From contig CP145419.1 of the NCBI GenBank assembly GCA_036867785.1, positions 124,001 to 188,000 on the forward strand: 64,000 nucleotides of DNA, read 5' to 3'. A program made the position numbers and the translations under genes. The notes under the pieces are model-generated. The model was not told the DNA's origin. It did no database searches and worked only from the letters and a program-made list of their open reading frames with translations. The DNA is from Plasmodiophora brassicae (Eukaryota). Of this stretch, positions 34,731 to 45,040 are shown in pieces (position 1 is the stretch's first letter; every line of letters starts with the position of its first letter).

Positions 34731-35580
34731 GTCCGACCAGCCCCGCAGCGGTCGTCGTCGACGCGAATCGTCGCTGCCTAAGGAAGGGGAACAGCCAGCG
34801 CGCGCGCGCTTCTGTGCCCGTCCACGCCGCGTCACAGGGCAGTGCCGCACGGGAGTTGCCGGCCCGGGTGGTCGACCGCGCGCGCCGCCCCGAGCAAACC
34901 GCCGCTTAGGTATCCGCGAAGCCGTGCGCTGCGGGCCGCGTTCTAGAATGATGGCCGAGAGTCGTCCGACGCGTGCACGGTACGCGGCCGACTCGACCGT
35001 TGTGGCCAGTGTGCCGCTCGGGTCGGCGTTCGATCGCCGCCCAACCGATGCACCTGGACGAACCCGGATATGTACCGCACCCTGCCGCTCGACGTCTGCC
35101 GGCAATGGTCGACCGCCGCACGATGCATAAACGCCCACTGTGCGCGCCAAAGATGGCCTATCTTCATTCTGTCTGCGCATCGCCGTTCCGATTCGCGTCG
35201 ACGTTGCACCGTTCCAGGGACTGCTACGGGCACCCGTCGAACGTATCGCGGCAGATTGAGGGGTGGGCGCGGACTGACGTGCGCCTGAATCAGTTCCAGC
35301 GGCCTGCGGGTCGCAGGTGTGCGGACGCACCTCTGGGCGTTCTCGAGCGGCCTCGGATCGGATCGGCGCCTAGGGCGGCAGTGATCTCGGGCGTCTCGCC
35401 AGCAGGTCCGAGTTGCACCAGTGACCATCCGCCACGACTGTGTGGTCCAGTACTCTGGGCATTCTCCAACGGTCTGGAATCGGATGTTGCCGGCCATGTT
35501 CTCGAGCGTTAGCGCGATGTGAGACCGTCGTCTCGACGCCTGCCGTCGTCCTCATTCTGAAATTTGGGCAGCTGGACAAC

Positions 35581-36337
35581 ATGTCGTTTCGCCAGAGCTG
35601 GTCTGTGTGTGTGATTGCGCTGGCGTTGGTGTCTGTCGCGTCGGCGTTCACGAACGGTACCCTGTTGCCGCCGTACCTGTGCGACCTGAACCTGCAGGCG
35701 ATTGGAGCGCCGACTTCCCTGGCCGGCGTCCTGCCCCACCTTGTCGAACGCAACGGTATGTGCACCTAGAGCCATGACTGACAGCGGGAATCGTGACGCC
35801 GTGTCGTGTCTCAGCGACCCAGACTATAGCAGGGTACCATCGTCTGACCGTGCCACCGTACACGCAAGCCCAGAATCTGTGTACGATCGCGACGGTCCCC
35901 GGTGCCGCCAACGCGTCGAACCAGAAAACGTTCGTTGTCCACGCTATCAACGCGAAGCAGGCCTTGCGTTAGTCAGCGAGCGAACGTCTCCACGTCCAGA
36001 ACTGATTTTGTCCCCAGTTGGCCTAATCGTCTGGGTCCAGAAGAAGGACGCCATGGGCAACGTGAGGCAGATCGGGCACTTCACAGACCCGGGGCTGAAC
36101 ATGATGCCATACCCATACGGGTGCGGTGGCAGCATGAACCAAACCATTGTGCACAAGACTGCCCTGGACGACGGCGCTGCGGATCCGAACCAGTCGGCGC
36201 CCATCACGTGGCAGATGGGATGCGATCAGATTGCTGCTGGTGAGAAGGCCCAGGTCGCAGGCATTTGCGTCACCGAGGCCATGGACGATATGCCCGGAGG
36301 AGGATTCGGCAGGTTCGCGGTCGATCTGCCCGTCTAG
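35581..36337 (+). CDS. Small secreted Cys-containing protein, reeler-like
   Basis: Signal peptide 'MSFRQSWSVCVIALALVSVASA-FTNG', 'GLIVWVQ...IGHF', 'C...TIVHK', 'ITW'. Two introns. Confidence 0.7.
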
Positions 36338-37137
36338 GTTCCAACAGAACATGCCCACATAACGTCAGGATGCGGGCTCGTGAAATCAGTAAAAGTTATG
36401 TGACGACGGTGTCGGATGGCCATTGGAACTTTTCGATGGAAAGTAAATGAGGTTGTATAAAACATTCGGCAAGGTCGCTTGGGGAATGAGGGCCATGCAT
36501 GGCCCATGGGAGACAATGAGTCCACTGTCGGCCGACGTGGCCGTCAACGACACTTCGAGTTCGGCACTGAAGGGAACGCTAAAAGGGGTGCCGACTAAGA
36601 TGTGGTTGCGGTGCCTATAGTCGACAGCATAAAGCAGTTTCTGACACCTGCGTATCGGTCGATCGCTATTCCTTATCACCAGGGAAGCAGTGGTCAGAAA
36701 TCTGTAGCGGTCGCGTCACTGCCGGGCACGAGCTGGTGATCGCCCGCAGCAGCCTCGATATCTACATAGATATTTAACCCGTATTAAAAGTGATCGGCCG
36801 CCAGGTCAAATATCTTCACAGCATGTGGATGGGGGTGCTTGGTCCCACCTATTCAACATCGCCCATACACCTAAAATGCCCCGCGTGATATGCGCTCCTG
36901 CGATGACCTGACTTCGTCAGCAGGCATTCCGAGTTCAACGGCTTCTGAATGCACGTTCCGACGTTCTACCTAGCACATCCGCCGCAATCACTGGCGTATA
37001 GAAACGCCAAGCGGCGCTCGGCATGGATCTTTCAGCAGGATATTCCAGTCAGATATCTGGCGGTGCAATTGGTGTCAGATATTTCACAGAGATATGCCCA
37101 AATTACCGCAAACCGCGGGTGATTGGCCGACCCTACG

Positions 37138-37161
37138 CCCCCCCCCCCCCCCCCCCCCCCC
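37138..37161. repeat. C24 homopolymer (G24 on the minus strand)
   Basis: Directly visible, about 60 bp upstream of the GH114 start. Confidence 0.95.
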
Positions 37162-37223
37162 GAGGTATCCACGAGGCGCTAACGGTCATTTCGTATCTTG
37201 CTGGTTTTCCAAAGGTTGGCGTT

Positions 37224-38230
37224 ATGGGCATCACGAGCACACTCGCATTCGCAGCCACAGCAGCGGTCCTGTATGGGGTCGTTGACGTCGATGCAGCCTG
37301 GCCTCGACCTGCGATCGGCATGGGCTGGCAGGTACGTTCCTCGTGTTTGCGTCCACAAGTAACGCGGTGCTCACATTCGAATGCGGTTCTCTAGTGGGAG
37401 CTGACGATGGACGCGGTTCCGGATGTGACGACCCCGAACGTTCCCGTCTGGGACGTCGACCCTGAACAGCTCGATTCGACTGATATTCCGACACTGATGA
37501 ACGACCTGCACGCCAACAACCGCTACATCATCTGCTACGTCAACGGTTTGATTTCGTCATCCATCGACGACAATGTCACCGCGTGCTGACCTGGGCATCA
37601 GTGGGTTCGCTGGACACGACCGCATCGGACGCGTCACGTTTCAAGGCCGTCACGCCCACGATCATTGGCAAGGCGTATCCAGATTGGCCCGGAGAGTACT
37701 TCCTGGACATTCGCCGGAACGAGACCCGATCGCTGATCAAGGCCCGGTTCAAGCGCATGGCCTCGTACGGGTGCCATGCCATCGAGCCCGACAACCTGGA
37801 CACGTACACGTACGACACGTTCCCGCTGAGCAAGCCAGATCTGACGCTGAACGACGCGTTGAACTACCTGGACTGGATCTCGACAACGGTGCATGGTCTG
37901 GGCATGGCTGTTGGTCTGAAGAACTCGGCCGATCTGATCACGCCGTACAACCTGGTCCCCAAGTTCGACTTCGCCATCGTCGAGTCCTGTGCCGAGTTCC
38001 CGGGCGACTGTGCCAAGTACGGCCCGTTCATCCAGGCGGGCAAGCCCGTGTTCGCCGCCGAGTACACCGACATCGGGTCGGGCGGCTGCACGCTCGCCTC
38101 ATCGGTGGCGTCAGCATGCTCTGTCACAAACGCGGCGAATTTCGAGGGCATCATCAAGTCGTGTGATCTGGGGCCGGAGTACCATGCCTGCCAGGCGTAC
38201 GACAATAACGGATACCGCACGGCACCCTGA
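37224..38230 (+). CDS. Secreted glycoside hydrolase family 114 (endo-alpha-1,4-polygalactosaminidase-like)
   Basis: Signal peptide, 'WQ|WEL', 'ICYVN|VGS', 'WPGEYFLDIR', 'GCHAIEPDNLD', 'GLKN', 'FDFAIVESC'. Confidence 0.9.
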
Positions 38231-38650
38231 GCGACTCTCCCAACAGCGCTGAACGTGACCCTTGCTCCTATTGTTATGTATTTGTATTGTATTGTTGAAC
38301 GAATAAACTGCTATTGCTAATCGGCCAGTTGCTTATAGCGGTTTACGTCTCAAGGCACCCCTCAGTGGACAACGCCGTTCAACACATCGTAGGTCCAGTT
38401 CAATCAGCTACCACCGGTTCCTACTATACCATGTGTCGAAGAGCAAACAGGGTCGCTGGCGCTGCCTACTCGGTCCATGGCAGTCCAGATGCCAGTGCGC
38501 CACCAAACCCGACAAGCTGTATCGTCGGATGAACCACGTCGAAGGCGTACGGACAGCTCGATCTACCACTGGTCGTGACGAGCTGTGCTGTACTAGATGA
38601 GGGCACTGATATGGTACGGTCGACATACTCGAAATCCTCGACGGAGCGCC

Positions 38651-40808
38651 ATGTGCGCTGTTTGCTATGCTGTGGTCGCCGTTCTGGTGCTGGCCAACAC
38701 ACAGGCCGACCTGTGTTCTTGGTACGGGAAAGGATGTTCGGGGACCACCATGTACGTATACCCATCTCTCATGACCTTGCGCAGTGTAATAATTAATCGA
38801 GGCTCTCAGCGATGTTTCACCTTTGAATAACTTGACGGGGACGATCGATTCGACGTGGTTTGCTACGCTGCCAACCGCTGATAAAGCCAAAGTCCTGTAT
38901 GTAGTGATTGCCATAAACGTTATTTACACTCTACTCAGTTTACCCCTACGCCTAGACGCATCTCAAACAACCCAGGCATTACTGGAATTGCTCCAGGAGC
39001 ATTCAGTTCGTTGACGTCGTGCACGTCGATGTATTGTTTCCGTATCTGTCCCATGTATTGCGTAACGTTGTGCACCAACATTTGATGTGTCCACAGCGAT
39101 GTGAGTCAGAACGGCGTCACAATGGTCGCTTCAGGCGTGTTTGACCCCCTACCCGGACTTCAGGAACTGTTAGATTACTGCCTCGCATTCGCACACGACA
39201 CCACTGTGTGACCCGTGGGCCATGTCAGGACGCTAACGAAGAACTCAATCAATCAACCTCTGCCAGTCCTCGGATTTCCTTCGACGCTCATATACCTGTC
39301 CGAGCCGTGTCGACGACAGGGCGTGCTGACACATTCACTAACAGCATTCGTCCACAGATGGGCTGGCTTGAATCACATCCCTTCGATCACTCCAGGGACG
39401 TTTGACAACCTGACACGACTGGACACACTGTACGTTATGTAGCAACACGTTGGGGAAGCTGATCACTGACAGTTGCTGCGAAGCTGGTTGGGGGGTAACC
39501 GGTTGTCGACGCTGCCGGCCCACATTTTCGATCAGCTGACCGTCATGACGGCTCTCGACCTGGGCGATAATCAACTTCAACTGCTCCCCACTGGAGTATT
39601 CGATTCTCTTACAAGCCTGGCTACCCTGTAGGAACGCTGCTTTACGTTGGCAACGCGCTGAACGGACAACGCAGGCGGCTCATGAACAACATTCTAACCT
39701 ATATCGCGCCTGGCACGTTTCGCACACTAACGCATTTGCACACTCTGTCGGTTACTCGTTCACGATGAAGCACGTATATTATGACGGGAGTGACTCGCAT
39801 GGCAGGACGTTGAGTGACAACTCCCTACTGGTGACTCTGGACTTGTACCTCTTCAGGAACCTGACAAGTTATAGCCCGACGAAAACTCTGTACGTCTCCG
39901 GGGACCACGCGCTGGAATCTGGCCTTATTCAGTGCTTATGTAGTGATTTATCCGATACAATGACGGCGCTGACCTGTGTGCCATACCCACCGCCAATCAC
40001 GTTTGTCCCGCCAGGCGGATACCTAACCGGCGGTCTACCGTACTGTCCTGCACCAGCACCAGCGGCAGCTCCCCACACCACGTCCCATCAACGTCAGCTG
40101 GTTCTAAGGCCTAGGACAACGTCGGAGCAACCAGCCAAGCTTGCGTATCGACGACGGTCAACAGCGAAAGCAGCCCAGTCTTGGAGCATTATCACCGTCA
40201 CCAGCAGCCTACGTACCGCTATAACGATTGCACGATCCTCAAGCCGCCAGACAGGGACGCGTCCAGCGCCAACGGGGACATCTGCGAGGAATGGTACGCA
40301 AACGGCCAGCACACGCCCTCCGACGAATGCGGAAGGAGGCACAAAGTCGGGCCAGGGTGATCAGCCGCTCCCGGAATCCGTTGCCGGAATCGCCATCATC
40401 GTCATGTCTGCTGTGGTCACTATCCTCATGTGCACTTGCTGTTGGTGGGCGGTGATGATGCGACAGTCGCGTATCGACCACCCGGGAGAATATGCCCGGC
40501 CTACACACGCCAGCGTTCTACCGACAACACCGGCGAGGGTGCCCATGCCTGCCTTGAATATCGTACCGCCGACGACTGAGTCGGCACAAGTTATCCCACT
40601 GTGGCCAACATCACACGACACAGGTATGGTACCGCAAACGATGTCGCGCCAGCTGTCACCTGCGATGCAATACTTCAACGGGTCGCCGCCGCCAATATCT
40701 GGTTCCGTACCATTCAAGGCGTCGTTCCGGCATCAAAGGCGACAAGTGGCCAGAGATAAATTCAATCAGGGCGCCATGACGGCCAGCATGTCATCGGATG
40801 AGGATTAA
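38651..40808 (+). CDS. Type I membrane LRR protein A (LRRs, Thr/Ser-rich stalk, TM, cytoplasmic tail)
   Basis: Signal peptide, LRR exons of 75/72/69/72/144/72 nt, TM 'IAIIVMSAVVTILMCTCCWW', tail 'FRHQRRQVARDKFNQGAMT'. Confidence 0.88.
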
Positions 40809-40940
40809 ACTCGCCTTGATTACGATTTCAAGTGTTAGTGGGCCGACTAACTCTCAACTACTGGTCACGTTAGGCAGATCTACGACGGTTCAGTGGGTAC
40901 GATCGATGAGCCCGAGCCTGTCGAATCTGCAGGAGGCGCT

Positions 40941-43433
40941 ATGCATGTCGCTGGTTACGTGCTGGTTGGTGTCCTTTCGTTAGCCGCCTGCGAGGCCGAC
41001 CTTTGCTCCTGGTACGGGAAAGGGTGCCCGGGCTCGGGAACCACCATGTGGGTTCGGTACGCTTGGCCATGAGTGATCGCCACTCCTCACGATTGCACCG
41101 GACGCAGCGATGTGTCCCCTTTGACGAGCCTGACTGGGACTATTGATTCCACCTGGTTCGCTACGCTGTCAACGGCTGGGCAAGCGACCCTATTGTACGA
41201 TGCCAACAGTAGGCTATAGCAGGTTTTCGTTGACGGCAGCTGCCTATAGACGAATTTCGAAGAATGCATGCGTTACGGCCATATCTCCAGGAGCGTTTAA
41301 CGCATTGACATCCTGCACGACGATGTGTGTACGCGTTCGGTTGCTGTCGTGATGTCGAAACGATGACGTATTGCCACAGAGACTTGTCCGAGAACGGCAT
41401 CACCGCGATTGCTTCAGGCGTGTTCGACCCCCTTTCCAAGTTACAGACCTTGTACACCAGCTTTGCTGCAAGTCGTCTCAGCACATGTTTGAAGCCCGCG
41501 TTCTCGCAGGTACCTAACGACAAACAGAATCGCTCAACCGCTGCCGGTTTCTGGACTACCGTCGAACCTCGTTTACTTGTAATTCCAGTTTTGATTCGTT
41601 TGCACACGTTGATCATACGGTTTACCGGAACGCTGATCGCACAGGTGGTGCGGCGTGAACCAAATCCCGTCTATCACGCCGGGAACGTTTGATTCTCTCT
41701 CGCAACTGCGAACTCTGTACGTTCGCCCGCATTGGGGAAACGAAATGGTCGGCCATTGACGGCCCCGATGAAGATGGCTGGGGGCGAACCAGCTGACCGC
41801 GCTGCCGGCGCATATCTTCGATCGTTTAACCGTTCTGAAGGCACTCGATCTCGGTCAAAACCAACTTCAGCGACTGCCTGTCGGCGTGTTTGATTACCTG
41901 ACGAGCCTGAACACCTTGTAGGGAAATAAGTTCTGTTTGGTGGACCTGCACTGTTGAACGTGCGCCTTCACAGGTTACTATGGGTCAACCTGCTGACCAC
42001 TGTTGCTCCTGGCACGTTCCGCGCCCTAACGCAACTCCAATCGCTGTCGGTCCATCAGTGCAACAACCCTGTGCACCGAGTACTGATTCTGCCAGAAGGA
42101 CGGTCAGCTCCAACCCGCTGCTGGTGACGTTGGACGCGTACCTGTTCCAGAGTCTGACGAATTACGACCCGACAGCAACTCTGTACGGCACGTTCAGCGC
42201 TGTGCCTTATTCTGAGGGTTTCCAACGCATTATGCCAGCGACGTGTCGTACTCGATGACGGACCTGGTCTGCGTACCGTACCCGCCGCCAATCACCTTCG
42301 TGGCGCCTGCCGCATACATTACCGGCGGGCGACCATATTGCCCGGCACCCTCAACAACCACATCACGTCGTCCCGCAACGAAGCCGGCCCCGACTCTGGC
42401 CAAACCGACCCCATCGCCACGTGTGGCGAGAACAACAAGAATCACTGCCAGACGCGCAATGTCGACATTAACTCGAATCCGTCCGACAACCAAAGCCAGG
42501 ACGAAGACGTCCAAGATCACTGTCCAGCATAGACGCACAACGACGTCGAAACCCGGAAGGATCACAGGCCTACCAACGTCCCGGCACCCTCTTCCAGCAA
42601 CGCCAGCCGGCACAAGTCCCACAGCAAGAATCAATTTCACAACGCAGGCGCATTATGGTCATGCAGGTATGGCGTCGTCGGTGAGAGCGCCCGCTAGGAC
42701 CAGCACAGGTCCATGGCAACCCAGCTCCCCATTTCTTCGCACAGGAACGCAGGTAATGGTAACAGCACCGCGCCGACACATTGTTAAGGTGACCAGCAAG
42801 GGTTCGTCAACAACGGGGGCCTCTACACCAGAACGAACGTTATCTTTTGTGGAAACGACAGCTGGGATCGCCACGATCGGTCTTATTGCTGGGTCCATTC
42901 TCGTGCTCTGCATGTACTGCTGCTGGGCGTTATGGAGACGCTCGATGAGTGCTCCACCGGCAACGTACCTCTCGTCGCCAGCGTTCATCTCGACAGCGCC
43001 GACAGCAACACAATCTAGCATTGCGTCTCAAGACCCGCTATGGCAATATCCCTTGGGTGCCCCAATGTCGCCAGTGCAGGTGTCACAAGCACCGCCAACT
43101 TCGGGCGCGCAGGTCAACCCACAGTACTGGTCGTGGTCAAGTACTACCAGCGGTTCGTCGTCTCAAGGCACGCTGCTCCACAAGACATCGCCCGTGATAC
43201 AACACTTCGACATGCCAGCAACGACACCTGCAATGCATTACTTCAACGTGCCCGCAACGACACCGGCGGCTTCTTCAATGCAAAACTTCGACGTCCCCGA
43301 ATCAGCAACGTCGCCGCAGACGCCCGGTTCCAAGCCCGGCAAACCGTCCTTGCGTCACCAGCGACGACAAGTGGCCAGGGACAAATTCGACCAAGGTGCC
43401 ATGACGTCGACGGTGTCGTCGGATGCCGAGTAA
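40941..43433 (+). CDS. Type I membrane LRR protein B; tandem paralog of A
   Basis: Same exon pattern, 'ADLCSWYGKGC', 'CVPYPPPITFV', TM 'IATIGLIAGSILVLCMYCCW', tail 'LRHQRRQVARDKFDQGAMT'. Confidence 0.88.
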
Positions 43434-43860
43434 GTCACGGCCGCCTCGAGCGTTCACCTAAATAACGACTTTCGAGATGCGAATGCATACGATTCGCTGC
43501 ATGCTACAGTGACGTCGTTTGACAAGATGGCGGCCTGTGCGAATGGGATTGAATCAGCCCATCTGCAGGCAGTGAGCCGTTTGCGTTGCGATTCACATCG
43601 CGACAGGTACGATTTCTGATGTCGACTTGGATATCGATGTCGCCGTTACACGCCTGAACCGTATCTCCAAGAACAACGATCAACAGAAGAAAATTGCTTG
43701 GCACGTGCGGGACAGACGGGAGACCCAGGGGTACAGGTCGGAGGCTCTACAATTAGGGCACGCTCCATATATGCTCCATGCGTCTGTTCACGGTGTCCGT
43801 ACGGTGTCTGTACCTAGACGCGTTTGGTGTGCTCCGGTAGGGCAAGTCTTCTAGTTCTAC

Positions 43861-44078
43861 TGCCTGATCAGGCGCTCGAAACTTCGGCGTCAACTCGTTC
43901 GACGGGACTATTCCACATGGCTGTCGATCCTGCACGGCGTCCACCTTGATGTCGACGATTTCTTCGGCCCTCAAGAACAGGTGGACGCCGAGCAGGATCG
44001 ACACCCATATATATGGAGTAGTCCCTAAGGATCCGGTCGAAACGAGTTGACGCCGAATTTCGAGCACCTGACCAGGCA
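43861..44078. repeat. Imperfect inverted repeat with ~60-bp arms (43861-43918 and 44011-44078)
   Basis: TGCCTGATCAGGCGCTCGAAACTTCGGCGTCAACTCGTT versus AACGAGTTGACGCCGAATTTCGAGCACCTGACCAGGCA. Confidence 0.85.
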
Positions 44079-44231
44079 CTCGAGCGAAGGTACCCTTGGG
44101 GTTCCCGTCTCACCCACTGCTTCGTGTCAACCATGACTTGGATCAACACCGGGTGTCCGCACCGCCATAGGCGGGGCTGTCCGACATGATGGAACCAGCC
44201 GAGCGATTAATTCGATCTGGAGAACGTCACT

Positions 44232-44289
44232 CAGCACGTGTCGCAAGAATCGTCATGCTGCAGCATGACGATTCTTGCGACACGTGCTG
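44232..44289. repeat. Perfect 58-bp palindrome with no loop
   Basis: CAGCACGTGTCGCAAGAATCGTCATGCTG|CAGCATGACGATTCTTGCGACACGTGCTG. Confidence 0.95.
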
Positions 44290-44590
44290 CCCAACAGACA
44301 CTCAATTGACGCGCCCCATGGTAACGTCAGCATTGTCAACAACTGCCTGTATTCCACTGCAAGGTTTTGTTACTGGACGTCGAAGGGATCAATATCAATT
44401 TGACGAACAACTGCCGCAGAACGCCCTATAACAAGGAAGCAGCTATGTTTGATGTAACGTGCGAGTGCTTCAGTTTACTGATGCGCGGGCCCAGGGCCCA
44501 TTGCAATACCGAGAAGGACTCGCGCAAGGGGGCCCAGCATGCAGAGCCGGCGTCCCCATCATCCACGTGGGGATGCCTCTGCATCTCTGC

Positions 44591-44650
44591 ATCTTCTTTG
44601 CCATACCGTCAATGCCGGGATCCCGGCATAGACGGTATGGCACAGAAGAT
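44591..44650. repeat. 60-bp palindrome with no loop and 2 mismatches
   Basis: ATCTTCTTTGCCATACCGTCAATGCCGGGA|TCCCGGCATAGACGGTATGGCACAGAAGAT. Confidence 0.92.
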
Positions 44651-45040
44651 CAACAAACGTGCTCTCGACAAGTCCAAGCGAACCTCGTCCAGTTCTGAAA
44701 TCGTCCAGGCGCGATGAGCCCAGCGCAAAGGTGACGGGCCGACACTGCCAAGCCGGAGGATGTCGGCGTTCTGCTGGCTGAACTTTCGGTCGTCGGACCC
44801 GAGACGAAGGCGCCTGCGTGAAGAAGCGCGAAACAACGAGTAAACTAAATTGAACTAAACGACCCTTCCTCTAAATGCTGCTCAGGCCACCCTCTTTATT
44901 CAATGAAAGGATTCCTGACAAAATGCACGACGGTCGTGCGACACGAAGGCGTCGCGAAGAGACGTCATTCCCGCCATGTCGCAGGATGGGAGCAAAACCT
45001 GCCGTGGCATGACAACAAGGGGTTCTCACCAATAATCGCC

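Larger units (their letters stand above)
43560..44450. pseudogene. Degenerate mosaic: fragment homologous to the 59236 gene, tyrosine-recombinase-like fragment (-), ankyrin-like fragment (+)
   Basis: 'AVCVAIHIATGTISDVDLDIDVAVTRLNRIS' matches 59330-59440. Minus strand 'ILLGVHLFLRAEE'. Plus strand 'LLLDVEGININLTNNCRRTPY'. No intact ORF. Confidence 0.5.

Noticed and set aside
33858-35330. 490-aa ORF
   Set aside because: The first 200 aa are GC-rich read-through. The recognisable protein starts at 34730.
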